From a virus (taxonomy: Duplodnaviria > Caudoviricetes): a stretch of DNA of 24,684 nucleotides. Positions 7,857 to 16,552 of this stretch are shown here, piece by piece (position 1 is the stretch's first letter; each line of letters begins with the position of its first letter). The notes beneath the pieces were generated by a model. That model had not been told where the DNA came from. It did not search any database and saw only the letters and a list, made by a program, of their open reading frames with translations. The DNA is taken from IMG/VR virus record IMGVR_UViG_3300033067_000423, positions 1-24,684 of that record; one strand, given 5' to 3'. The position numbers and the translations under genes are program-made.

Positions 7857-8975
7857 ATGGCCCGCACCGCGATTCTGCCGACCGACCCTGCCGCCCAGAA
7901 GGTCTGGGCCACGAAGGTCGCCCTCGACTCCACCAAGAAGTCGTTCTTCAACGGCATGATCGGCAAAGAGGGTTCCTCAATGCCCGTCATCACCAAGACC
8001 GACCTCGAGACGAAGCCGGGCGACGAGGTGACCACCACGCTGATCGCCAAGCTGCGCGGCAAGCCCGTCGAAGGCAGCGAAAAGCTCGCCGGCCGCGCGA
8101 TGCGCCTGCAGCAAGCCACGCACAAGATGCGCATCGACAAGCACCGCCAGGCGGTGAACGTCGGCGACGTGATGGACCAGAAGCGCGTCAGCTGGTCGAT
8201 CCCCGAGCAGGCCCGTGACCGCCTGTCGGACTACATGGCCGAGATCCAGGACGAGCAGATCACCATGACCGCCGCTGGCGCGCGTGGCATCGGCTCCGAG
8301 ATCCAGCACTACGAGACGGGCTACGCGGGCTTCCCGAACGCCTTCGTGGCGCCTGACTCTTCGCACGTCATGTACTGGGACGGCACCCGTGCCAACGCGG
8401 CGGCCATCACGTCGGGCGACAAGTTCGGCACCAACGTGGTCGAGAAGCTGATCCTGCGCGCCAAGCGCCAGATCGGCGGCCAGCCCGACGCCGCGGTGAA
8501 GATGGAGCCCATCAGCACCGGCAAGGGCAAGGCCTTCGTCTACCTGGCCTGCCCGGAGTCGATGTACGACCTGCGCCGCGAGACGGGCGAGGCCGGCTGG
8601 CTGGCCTTCGAGAAGGCGATGGCCGCTGCGGTGGGCCGCGAGTCGAACCTGGCCAAGCCGGGCGCGATCTTCATCAACGGCGTGCTGGTCGAAGAAGCCC
8701 AGACCTGCGTGAAGTTCGACACCACGGCGGCCGGCTCCAGCTACGGCGCCATCGCCGCGCGCAACCTGTTCCTGGGTGCCAATGCAGTGGCCGTGGCCTA
8801 CGGCACGCGCACCCAGCGCGACAACATGCGCTTCGAGCTCACCGAGGACGACGAGGACTACGGCGAGGAAGGCATCGTGATCGTTCGCATGATCGCGGGC
8901 TTCTCCAAGTGCCGCTACAACTCGATGGACTTCGGGGTCATCGCCAACGACTGCTCCTACACCGCCGCGACCTGA
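7857..8975 (+). CDS. Major capsid protein, N4-gp56-like family
   Basis: MARTAILPTDPAAQKVWA...TDLETKPGDEVTTTLIAKLRGKPVEG...RIDKHRQAV...RNLFLGANA...DFGVIAND; AAGGAG RBS before ATG 7857. Confidence 0.9.
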   Translation: MARTAILPTDPAAQKVWATKVALDSTKKSFFNGMIGKEGSSMPVITKTDLETKPGDEVTTTLIAKLRGKPVEGSEKLAGRAMRLQQATHKMRIDKHRQAVNVGDVMDQKRVSWSIPEQARDRLSDYMAEIQDEQITMTAAGARGIGSEIQHYETGYAGFPNAFVAPDSSHVMYWDGTRANAAAITSGDKFGTNVVEKLILRAKRQIGGQPDAAVKMEPISTGKGKAFVYLACPESMYDLRRETGEAGWLAFEKAMAAAVGRESNLAKPGAIFINGVLVEEAQTCVKFDTTAAGSSYGAIAARNLFLGANAVAVAYGTRTQRDNMRFELTEDDEDYGEEGIVIVRMIAGFSKCRYNSMDFGVIANDCSYTAAT

Positions 8976-9014
8976 GCCGGCTGACACCTCCACCTCACTC
9001 AAGGAGAACCAACC

Positions 9015-9497
9015 ATGGCTCTGTTCAAGTCGATCCAGGTCACCAACAAGGCGCCGATCCCGTCGGTCGATGCCGCCACCGACCTGGTTGCCATCTTCGG
9101 CGACTACACGCTGGCGGGCACTGAGGCGTCCAGTGACGTGATCGAGATGGTGCCGCTGCCTGCGGGCTTCTGCATCGTGGACGTGATCGTCGACACCGCC
9201 GACCTGGGCACCACGGTGACGGCCGACGTGGGCCTGCTGTCCGGTGACTACGACGCGACCGGTGCACGCACCTGTGGCGCCACGATCATGACCGGCAAGG
9301 CGCTGGGCACGACCGGCATCTACCGCGCTGACGTGGCCGGCTTCGCGCGCACCGCGCCGCTGTCGGAATCGGCTGGCACGACTGGTGCGCCTGGCCACCG
9401 TGGCATCGGCTTTGCGCTGACCACGGTGTCCACGCCGACGGCCGGCGCCAAGGTGCGCTTGACGCTGCTGGCTCGCCCGTCGATCAACGGCGTCTGA
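9015..9497 (+). CDS. Putative capsid decoration/cement protein
   Basis: Strong AAGGAG RBS, directly after the capsid gene, beta-rich DVIEMVPLPAG...VDVIVDTADL pattern. Confidence 0.6.
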   Translation: MALFKSIQVTNKAPIPSVDAATDLVAIFGDYTLAGTEASSDVIEMVPLPAGFCIVDVIVDTADLGTTVTADVGLLSGDYDATGARTCGATIMTGKALGTTGIYRADVAGFARTAPLSESAGTTGAPGHRGIGFALTTVSTPTAGAKVRLTLLARPSINGV

Positions 9498-9844
9498 TGA
9501 CCCGCCGCAAGGCTGCGCACGAGCGTCTGCGGCCTGGGCCGAAGCCGGGTTTCCGGCAAGCCCAGGCCCAGTCGATCGCGCTGGTGACGCCACCGCCTGA
9601 TATGCCACCTGTCGCATCGTCCGTCGCCCCGCAAGTGGAGTCCGACTCCACCGCGGCGCCGATCGCCCCCCAGCGTGTCGATGCGCTGCAGCGCGGCAGG
9701 AACATCGACCTGATGGGCGAAACCGAACTGCGGGCCTACGCCGTGCAGGTCGGCGTCAGCAAGCGCGATGCCTTGTCGCTGCCGATGGACCGGCTGCGCG
9801 TGAACTGCGTTCATGTCCTCCATGCCCTGATCGACGAACTGTAG
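9497..9844 (+). CDS. Hypothetical protein (115 aa)
   Basis: TGATG overlap with the previous gene; disordered N-terminus and small helical C-terminal domain. Confidence 0.7.
   Translation: MTRRKAAHERLRPGPKPGFRQAQAQSIALVTPPPDMPPVASSVAPQVESDSTAAPIAPQRVDALQRGRNIDLMGETELRAYAVQVGVSKRDALSLPMDRLRVNCVHVLHALIDEL
9635..9651. repeat. 17-bp palindrome, copy 3 (encodes VESDST)
   Basis: Identical to copy 1, including flanks CAA...C. Confidence 0.95.
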
Positions 9845-9854
9845 GAGCGCCAAC

Positions 9855-10649
9855 GTGGCCTCGACCATCCTCGTGCGTCACGCGCTGTGGCGGGTCTCGG
9901 TCCTGTTGAGCGACACCGACGCGCAGTACACCCGCTGGCCCGAGATCGAACTGGTGCAGTGGCTGCAGGACGCGCAGAACGCCATCGTCAAGATGCTGCC
10001 GCTGGCCGGCTCGCGCCTCGACGCGATCAAGCTGGTGCCAGGCGCCCTGCAGTCCATCGCGTCGATCCCAGCGGCCAGCTGCAAGCCCGGCGACGGCAGC
10101 ACCCCATCGGTGCCGATCATCGGCCGGCAGTTCCTGCGCCCCATCTGCAACATGGGCACCGACGGCCTGACGCCCGGCATCGTGCCGCGTGTGGTCGAGC
10201 GCGACATGCTCGACGCCCAGGATCCGACCTGGCAACTGGCCGCCAACGCATCGAAGACCGTGCGCGAGGTGGTGATCGACCAGCAGAACCCGCGCTACTT
10301 CATGGTGTCGCCTCCGGTGCATGCCACGACCTCGGTCTGGATGCGCATGTCCTACGTGGCCAACCCGCTGGCCATCCCGGCCGGTGGCGCAGCAGGCGCC
10401 GAGGTCTACGCCTACGCGGGATCGAGCACCCAGACCATCACGATCGACGACGAGTACATCGACGACATCGTGGACTACGTGGCCGCACGCGCGCACCTGA
10501 AGGACAGCAAGTACGCCGAGCCGGTGCGCCACCAGCTGCACGCCGGCCGCTTCCTGGCCTCGATCAATGGCCGGGTGGCGGCGCTGACGGGCACGAATCC
10601 GAACTTCACCGTGCTGCCCGGCGTGAGCATGCCGGGAGCCCCGGTCTGA
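9855..10649 (+). CDS. Putative head-tail adaptor protein
   Basis: LSDTDAQYTRWPEIELVQWLQDAQ...LDAQDPTW...PRYFMVSPP...IVDYVAARAHLKDSKYA pattern typical of podovirus adaptors; AGGAG RBS. Confidence 0.7.
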   Translation: MASTILVRHALWRVSVLLSDTDAQYTRWPEIELVQWLQDAQNAIVKMLPLAGSRLDAIKLVPGALQSIASIPAASCKPGDGSTPSVPIIGRQFLRPICNMGTDGLTPGIVPRVVERDMLDAQDPTWQLAANASKTVREVVIDQQNPRYFMVSPPVHATTSVWMRMSYVANPLAIPAGGAAGAEVYAYAGSSTQTITIDDEYIDDIVDYVAARAHLKDSKYAEPVRHQLHAGRFLASINGRVAALTGTNPNFTVLPGVSMPGAPV

Positions 10650-10662
10650 CCAGGAGCAGCGC

Positions 10663-11301
10663 GTGGCCTTCATCGATACCACCGACATCGAGGACGCCTA
10701 CAGCATGGTGGCGCCCTACGTTCAGGGTGCGCCGTTCGCCACCATCATCTACCACCTGCGCGAAGCCGCGATCGACTTCTGCACCAAGACGCTGTGCTGG
10801 CGCGCGACGCTGGCGCCGGTGCTGACCGTGGTCGACCGTGGCGAGTACGACCTGAAACTGCCCGACCAGTCCAAGCTGGTCAAGCTGCTGCGCTACAAGT
10901 TCGACGACCGCGAGCAGACCGAGGGCGTGGTGTCGCCCGACAAGGGCGCCGCGCTGCTGGACCAGTCCTCGAGCGCCGACGCCATCTGGACCGAGAACCG
11001 CGTGACCTTCAAGGTCTGCCCGGTGCCCAAGGTGGCCGCCAAGGAGATGGTCATCACGCTGGCGCTCAAGCCGTCGGCGGACTCCACCACCATCCCGTCC
11101 AACATCTTCGAGGACTTCGCCACGGCCATCGCCGAGGGTGCGATCGGGCGCATCGCCGCGATCCCGCGCCAGGCCTTCAGCGACATGCAGCAGGCGGCGC
11201 TGTACCAGGGCAAGTTCCAGGACGAGATCGACCGCGTGGCCGCTGCGGTGAGTGCCGGGTTCGGCCGCTCCACGAAGCGTGTCAGGCCCTTCATGTACTG
11301 A
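10663..11301 (+). CDS. Putative second adaptor / tail connector protein
   Basis: PYVQGAP...LREAAIDFCTKTLCWR...ALKPS...IAEGAIGRIAAIP pattern; AGGAG RBS. Confidence 0.65.
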   Translation: MAFIDTTDIEDAYSMVAPYVQGAPFATIIYHLREAAIDFCTKTLCWRATLAPVLTVVDRGEYDLKLPDQSKLVKLLRYKFDDREQTEGVVSPDKGAALLDQSSSADAIWTENRVTFKVCPVPKVAAKEMVITLALKPSADSTTIPSNIFEDFATAIAEGAIGRIAAIPRQAFSDMQQAALYQGKFQDEIDRVAAAVSAGFGRSTKRVRPFMY

Positions 11302-11308
11302 GGACCGT

Positions 11309-11605
11309 ATGACCAGCCACGACGACACATCCCCAGCGCCGCTGGAAGGACACAAGCGCCGGATCCGCTGGGATCCGACGATCAATCTGGGCCATGTGCT
11401 CACGTTTTTCGGCTTCCTGGCCACCGGCGCGGTGGGCTACTTCGACCTGCGTGAGCGCATCGCCGTGCAAGAGATCAGGGTGTCGACCATCGAGACCGAG
11501 GGCAAGGCGGCGGCCGTGCGGTTTCAAGAGACCTTGCGCGAGGTGCGCGACGACGTGCGCGAAGTGCGCCGTGGTGTCGAGGACTTGAACCGGAGGAAGC
11601 CATGA
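11309..11605 (+). CDS. Membrane protein with one TM segment and coiled coil; holin/antiholin candidate
   Basis: INLGHVLTFFGFLATGAVGYF hydrophobic segment; GAGGA RBS; two genes upstream of the endolysin. Confidence 0.55.
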   Translation: MTSHDDTSPAPLEGHKRRIRWDPTINLGHVLTFFGFLATGAVGYFDLRERIAVQEIRVSTIETEGKAAAVRFQETLREVRDDVREVRRGVEDLNRRKP

Positions 11606-11898
11606 TTCTTGACACCATGCACCTGGGCCCCGAGACGCCGGGCCGCCCGACCGTTCGCGGCATCGTGGTCATCAAGGTGGCTGGATACCCAGATCCTGGC
11701 TTTGCGTGGAGCGAAGGCGAGGGCAAGAGCGTCAGCCTGATCGGCCTCACGCCCGGCGACGCCGCTGCGATGCGCCCGATGTGGGGCAAGCTGGAAGGCT
11801 GGCGGGTGGAGCGCCGCGAGATCGAATACTGGCGCACCTACACACCGCCGAAGATGAGCCTGGTGGACCGGCTGCGGGCCGCGCTGCGCGATGGCTGA
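11602..11898 (+). CDS. Hypothetical protein (98 aa)
   Basis: GGAGG RBS, ATGA overlap, fills the gap before the endolysin. Confidence 0.6.
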   Translation: MILDTMHLGPETPGRPTVRGIVVIKVAGYPDPGFAWSEGEGKSVSLIGLTPGDAAAMRPMWGKLEGWRVERREIEYWRTYTPPKMSLVDRLRAALRDG

Positions 11899-12706
11899 CA
11901 TCGTCAAGGCCCGCGCCGAGCTGGACGGCCTGACCAAGGGCGAAGAAGGCTGGCGCGCGGCGCCGTACCTGTGCTCGGCCCGGCGGCCCACCATCGGCTA
12001 CGGCTGCACCAGCTACGAGGACGGCACCAAGGTCAAGCTGACCGACCCGCCGATCACGCGCGAGCGCGGCCAGGCGCTGCTGGACTTCAAGCTCAACGAA
12101 GGCATCCAGCGCGTGCTGGACATGACCAAGGGCCAGTGCACCACCAATCAGTTGGTGGCCCTGGTGCTGTGCGGCTTCAACATCGGTTGGCCCGGCCTGG
12201 CCGGCAGCTCGATGCTCAAGGCCCACCTGCGTGGCGACTACGCCGCCGCCGGCCGTGCCTTCAGCCTGTGGAACCAGTACCGCCCTGGCGGCCCCGGCAC
12301 GCCGCTGGAGGAACATCCCGTGCTGACGGAGCGCCGCGCGCGCGAGGCCGCAATCTACCGCCTGCCTGACGACCATGCCGAAGTGACGGCCGCCGAGGCG
12401 CCGGTGATGCCGCAGCAGGTCGAGCCCGAGAGCAGCCTGGCCAAGAGCAAGATCGCTCAGGGCGGGGGTGGCCTGGCCGGGCTGGGCGGCCTGGTGGTCG
12501 CAGCCAAGGATCTGGGCGAGGGCGCCGAGGCCGCCATGCCGGGCCTGAAGTCCATCCGCTCCGCGGTCGACTACCTCAAGGACTTCACCGTCAACACGCT
12601 GGGCATCACCGCCGAGCCGTCCACCGTGCTGGCCTACGGCGCGATCGCGCTGGGTGCGTGGTTCATCTACCAGCGCTGGGCGCAGCGCAGGGGCGGGTGG
12701 GCCTGA
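11891..12706 (+). CDS. Endolysin, GH24 lysozyme with C-terminal hydrophobic extension
   Basis: EGWRAAPYLCSARRPTIGYG gives an E-X8-C-X5-T triad; FNIG and LTERRARE motifs; C-terminal TM segment ending RWAQRRGGWA. Confidence 0.9.
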   Translation: MADIVKARAELDGLTKGEEGWRAAPYLCSARRPTIGYGCTSYEDGTKVKLTDPPITRERGQALLDFKLNEGIQRVLDMTKGQCTTNQLVALVLCGFNIGWPGLAGSSMLKAHLRGDYAAAGRAFSLWNQYRPGGPGTPLEEHPVLTERRAREAAIYRLPDDHAEVTAAEAPVMPQQVEPESSLAKSKIAQGGGGLAGLGGLVVAAKDLGEGAEAAMPGLKSIRSAVDYLKDFTVNTLGITAEPSTVLAYGAIALGAWFIYQRWAQRRGGWA

Positions 12707-13224
12707 TGGCCATCCCCGTCGTCATCGCCGCGCGCGCCTTCCTGGGCGGCATCAGCCCCAAGGTATGGCTGGCGATCGGCGTGGTGGTGGCCCTGGCGTG
12801 GATGGCGCACAGCACCCGGGTGGCCAAGGAGGCGCTGCACAAGGCCCAGGCCGCCGCCGCGGCCGACGAGGCCCAGGCCCTGCGTGCGTCCATCGCCGAG
12901 TCAGACCGCCGCGCCGCGGCTCACAAGGAGATCGCCAGTGCAGCCGAAGCCAAGTCCATCGCCAACGCGCGCGCTGCTGCTGCTGCCCGCGCTACTGCTG
13001 ATCGGGTGCGCGACGCAGCCGCCGCCTTCGCGGCAAGTGCCGCCGCCCGTGGTGCCGCCCCTGCCGGCGATTGCACGGCAGCCGGTGGCGCCATTGATCT
13101 GCTCGCCGAGCTGCTCGGAAGGACTGCGAATCGAGCTGCAGAGCTGGCCGATCTGGCAGACCGAGCCCAAGCCGCCGGCAAGGCCTGCGAGGCCAGCTAT
13201 GACGCTCTGAAGGGCAAGCCATGA
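12706..13224 (+). CDS. Rz: Inner-membrane spanin (Rz-like)
   Basis: N-terminal TM VWLAIGVVVALAWM, Ala-rich coiled coil, terminal AGKACEASYDAL; TGATG coupling to the endolysin. Confidence 0.85.
   Translation: MAIPVVIAARAFLGGISPKVWLAIGVVVALAWMAHSTRVAKEALHKAQAAAAADEAQALRASIAESDRRAAAHKEIASAAEAKSIANARAAAAARATADRVRDAAAAFAASAAARGAAPAGDCTAAGGAIDLLAELLGRTANRAAELADLADRAQAAGKACEASYDALKGKP
12938..13210 (+). CDS. Rz1: Outer-membrane spanin lipoprotein (Rz1-like), embedded in the +1 frame of Rz
   Basis: AAGGAG at 12925-12930 then GTG 12938; signal peptide RALLLLPALLLIG-C lipobox; Pro-rich mature part. Confidence 0.85.
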   Translation: MQPKPSPSPTRALLLLPALLLIGCATQPPPSRQVPPPVVPPLPAIARQPVAPLICSPSCSEGLRIELQSWPIWQTEPKPPARPARPAMTL

Positions 13225-13427
13225 ACCAAGCCAAGTACGAATGGTGGCAAGGCAAGGATGCCGACTGGTACTGGCACCTCAAGGCCCCCAACAGCAGGAT
13301 CATCGCCAGCGGCGAGGGCTACAAGACCAAGGCCGGCGCATTGCGCGGCATTGCCTCGCACCGTCGACACGCGGCCACGCTGAAAGTCGTGGAGCGGCCA
13401 TGTCCGTCACCGAAGCGATCTGGCTGA
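13221..13427 (+). CDS. YegP/DUF1508 family protein
   Basis: WYWHLKAPNSRIIASGEGYKTKAGALRGIAS motif. Confidence 0.85.
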   Translation: MNQAKYEWWQGKDADWYWHLKAPNSRIIASGEGYKTKAGALRGIASHRRHAATLKVVERPCPSPKRSG

Positions 13428-13807
13428 TCCTCTCGCTGGCCCTCGCACTCGGGGGCCTGGGATGGGCCCTGCTGCAGTTCATCCTGCTCAAGCGCGAGTG
13501 GGTCAAGACCGAAGCCGAGCGCCGATCGCTGGACTACCAGCTGATGCGCGCGTCCACCCGGTGGGAAGCCGAGCGCCAGGATCTGCAGCAGGCGCTGCTT
13601 CGTTGCCGCGAGAAGCGCGCACAGGACGCCAAGGCGGCCGCCATGCAGGCGCAGACCCTGAAGACCGACCTCTTGGAAGCGCTGGAACTTGCGCTGGCCT
13701 ACCGGCAGATTGGCGGGCCGACGCCCGATGCGATGCTGGCCAAGCTGCGTGACGACGTGAGCGAGTTCGGCCACCTGCTGGACGCACAGAGCAACGAGGT
13801 GTCGTAG
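13400..13807 (+). CDS. Hypothetical membrane-anchored coiled-coil protein
   Basis: GGAG RBS before ATG 13400; N-terminal TM AIWLILSLALALGGLGWALLQFILL. Confidence 0.7.
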   Translation: MSVTEAIWLILSLALALGGLGWALLQFILLKREWVKTEAERRSLDYQLMRASTRWEAERQDLQQALLRCREKRAQDAKAAAMQAQTLKTDLLEALELALAYRQIGGPTPDAMLAKLRDDVSEFGHLLDAQSNEVS

Positions 13808-13820
13808 TCCGAACCGGGCC

Positions 13821-13851
13821 CGGTTGATTTTTCGGAATCGTCGGGGATGCT
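13821..13851 (+). promoter_or_regulatory. Promoter-like motif 4: CGG-TTGATT-N16-GATGCT
   Basis: Intergenic; 25 of 32 nt identical to the motif at 19600. Confidence 0.65.
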
Positions 13852-13905
13852 GGGTCGGCAACACCCAGCGCGCAGCAGTGGGTGGCCATCAATGGAGAAC
13901 CGCCC

Positions 13906-14331
13906 ATGGCGACCTACACCAAGTTTCAGGACTACGTGGAACAACTCGCCAAGGGCGTCCACATCTGGTCCTCGCACACCTTCAAGGAGATGCTGACCAA
14001 CAGCGCTCCGGTGAACACCAACACCATCGCGGCGAACCTGACCGACATCAGCGCCGGCAATGGGTACACCGCGGCCGGCATGACGCTGGACACGGTGACG
14101 CTGAGTGAGGCGAGCGGCACGGCCAAGGTCACCATCGCCGACGAGGTGCTGACGGCATCGGGCGGGTCCATCGGGCCGTTCCGCTACCCGGCAATCTACA
14201 ACGACACGGCTACCAGCCCGGCGGATGCGCTGGTCTGCTTCTTCGACTACGGCAGTTCGATCACGCTGGCGTCAGGCGAGACCTTCACCACTGACTTCGA
14301 CGCCACCAACGGGCTCTGGCAGCTGGTATGA
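13906..14331 (+). CDS. Small beta-rich virion structural protein (fibre subunit candidate)
   Basis: GGAG RBS; GNGYTAAG...ASGGSIGPFRYPAIYNDT...DYGSSITLASGETFT pattern seen in phage structural modules. Confidence 0.7.
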   Translation: MATYTKFQDYVEQLAKGVHIWSSHTFKEMLTNSAPVNTNTIAANLTDISAGNGYTAAGMTLDTVTLSEASGTAKVTIADEVLTASGGSIGPFRYPAIYNDTATSPADALVCFFDYGSSITLASGETFTTDFDATNGLWQLV

Positions 14332-14567
14332 GCGCGCTCACCACGCGCCTGCTGAACAAGCGCGTCGCCGCCGTGCTGACCAACGGCAACGTGCTGCAGA
14401 TCCGCTGCACGGACGGCAGCGAGATCGACATCGCCTGGCTGGACGACAACGGCCTGCCGATCAAGGGCAAGCCGGCGCTGTACACGTCCGGCGTGCGGCT
14501 CATCGCCCGGGGCCTGCGGGACATCATCAATTCGCCGCAGATCACGCGGCATGGAGTGTCGGAATGA
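14328..14567 (+). CDS. Hypothetical protein (79 aa)
   Basis: ATGA overlaps at both ends. Confidence 0.7.
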   Translation: MSALTTRLLNKRVAAVLTNGNVLQIRCTDGSEIDIAWLDDNGLPIKGKPALYTSGVRLIARGLRDIINSPQITRHGVSE

Positions 14568-14836
14568 CGACCCTGAACACCTACGAAGAGAAGCCGGTCC
14601 TTTCGTCCAAGATGGGCGAGCGCTACGCCGAGTTGTGCGCCTTGCGCGACAAGGTGTACGCCGCGACCGCGCCGCTGCAGGCCAAGCTGGACAAAGCCAA
14701 CGCCCGCTGCGAGGCGGCGCGCGTCGAGGCAGCGGCCTTGGCCGAGCAGATCGAAGTGGCCTGGGGCAAGGAGAAGTGGATCGCGCTGAAGAAGGAAATC
14801 GGCGTGCTGGCCAAGGCGATGAACGGGCGCCGCTGA
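14564..14836 (+). CDS. Hypothetical coiled-coil protein (90 aa)
   Basis: GGAG RBS, ATG 14564 overlapping the previous stop; 3' part of track ORF 14225..14836. Confidence 0.7.
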   Translation: MTTLNTYEEKPVLSSKMGERYAELCALRDKVYAATAPLQAKLDKANARCEAARVEAAALAEQIEVAWGKEKWIALKKEIGVLAKAMNGRR

Positions 14837-14837
14837 C

Positions 14838-16523
14838 ATGACTCCGCAGCAACTCGCAGCCCTGAACGCGGCCGAGGAGGGCCTACGCGTGCTGCGCGCG
14901 TCGCTGGCCGACCCCGTGCCGGCGCCGCCCCCGCCCGTCGAGCCCCCGCCCGTCGAGCCGCCCGCGCCGATGCCCCCGACGGTCGTGCCGTCGGCCGCCG
15001 TCAACCGCGGGTCGTATAGCCCCGCGAACGGCGTCATCGACCGCGTGGACTTGGCCAAGATCCCGGCGCCGATGCCCTGGTCGATCTTCACCGACGACAA
15101 GCAGACGATCGCCCCGTCGCTGGGCGGGGTCGAGAAGTTCCAGATGCGCAGCCTGCACGTCTACGGGCACCCGAACTCGCTCTACCGCGGAACGCGCCGC
15201 GTGGTGAACGGCGCCGTGGTCGATGTGTACCCGGACCTTGGGGCGCGCGCTGCTGACGCCATCAAGCTGCTGCCCAGGTATCCGTTCCGGGACGGCAGGC
15301 GCGGTGAGCACATCATGACGCCCTACACGACGTGGCACGGCCACACGCGCCGGGCTGACGACGGGTCGCTGGTGACGGCACCGCACATGCCCATGTGGAT
15401 CGGCATCGTGCTGGATGGCCGGGTGACATACGCCTTCCGCGACGGCAGCACGCAGACCGTCCAGAAGATCCCGGTCAAGTCCTACGCGCCCGACTTCACG
15501 TTCTTCGAGCCGAACCGCAAGCTGTTCTTCGTGGCCGACGCGCTGGCCGGCGAGATCATCCGCGTCGACCGCAACACAACGCCGTGGACCACCTCGCTCC
15601 TGGCCACCGGCCTGGGCCGCGTCGACTCGCTGCGCGCCATCGGGCCGATGATCTACTGCGCCAACTCCGAGACCGGCGCCATCACCGAGGTGAACGCGCT
15701 GACCGGCGCGCAGCGGCTCGTGGCCACCTTGCCGCATGTCTTCTGGATCAGCTACCGCAGCGACGGGCAACTGGTCGTGATGTGCAGCAACCGCTCGATC
15801 CACGTTGTCGACCCGGTGTCTGGCGTGATCGGGCCGGACCTGCTGCCGGCCACGCTGCGAATCGCGCCGGGCATGCCGTGGGTGCAGATCGACGTGGACC
15901 GCGCCGGCACCTGCGGCGCCGTGGATTCGATGATCGCGGTGTCCATCCTGGGCGCCGGCAACATCGACTTCTACCGCTTCGACAAGACCGGCCGCAACAC
16001 GCTGCCCGAGAACAGCAAGGGCATCGCCTCGGTCGGTGCCGTGATGCACATCCACGATGCCTTCGGGCACTACCCGTGGGTCGCGGTGCACCACCCAGAC
16101 GACGCCTGCATGATGGTCCAGGGCATGGCCAACACGACGCCGCAGATCATCGGGTGCTTCGACGCCCGCAGCACTTGGTCTGCCGCGTTGAACGACCGCT
16201 ACACCGCGCTGTGGGAGCGCGCGCAGAACCTGTTCCGTTCCGGCGGCGTCGCTGCCGACGGGTCCATGCCGCCAAGCTGGACCACGCAGATCAACCAGAA
16301 CGGCGGCGGCCTGTGGACCGGCGACCACTTCGCCGAGATGCCCATCGAGGAAGGCATCGCCTTCCTGCGCCGAGGCGGCATCGGCAACGTGCCGCGCAGG
16401 CTGGTCGGCGACGACCTGAAAGCCCTGGTCATGTCGCTGTCGCGCAGTTCGATGCGCTACCTGCGCGAAGGCGGCCCATTCTTGAACAGCGTGATTGCGT
16501 ACATGGATACGCGGCGCGACTGA
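14838..16523 (+). CDS. Protein with N-terminal helix, Pro-rich linker and probable beta-propeller
   Basis: PVPAPPPPVEPPPVEPPAPMPP linker; blades such as LFFVADALAGEIIRVD, IYCANSETGAITEVN, SIHVVDPVSG. Confidence 0.7.
   Translation: MTPQQLAALNAAEEGLRVLRASLADPVPAPPPPVEPPPVEPPAPMPPTVVPSAAVNRGSYSPANGVIDRVDLAKIPAPMPWSIFTDDKQTIAPSLGGVEKFQMRSLHVYGHPNSLYRGTRRVVNGAVVDVYPDLGARAADAIKLLPRYPFRDGRRGEHIMTPYTTWHGHTRRADDGSLVTAPHMPMWIGIVLDGRVTYAFRDGSTQTVQKIPVKSYAPDFTFFEPNRKLFFVADALAGEIIRVDRNTTPWTTSLLATGLGRVDSLRAIGPMIYCANSETGAITEVNALTGAQRLVATLPHVFWISYRSDGQLVVMCSNRSIHVVDPVSGVIGPDLLPATLRIAPGMPWVQIDVDRAGTCGAVDSMIAVSILGAGNIDFYRFDKTGRNTLPENSKGIASVGAVMHIHDAFGHYPWVAVHHPDDACMMVQGMANTTPQIIGCFDARSTWSAALNDRYTALWERAQNLFRSGGVAADGSMPPSWTTQINQNGGGLWTGDHFAEMPIEEGIAFLRRGGIGNVPRRLVGDDLKALVMSLSRSSMRYLREGGPFLNSVIAYMDTRRD
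14928..14957 (+). repeat. 15-bp tandem repeat CCCCCGCCCGTCGAG x2 (PPPVE)
   Basis: Read directly within the Pro-rich linker. Confidence 0.8.
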
Positions 16524-16552
16524 ACCTACCCGCAACCACTGAAAGCACACCC

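Noticed and set aside
14883-16550. Long minus-strand ORFs (also 4713..5981, 7977..9617, 19487..21010, 23051..23923)
   Set aside because: Antisense mirrors of + strand genes caused by codon bias; no motifs or RBS support
15395-16552. N-terminal 386 codons of the 583-aa track ORF
   Set aside because: Off-frame overlap with 14838..16523; protein-like sequence starts at ATG 16553 and no slippery site suggesting a programmed frameshift was seen
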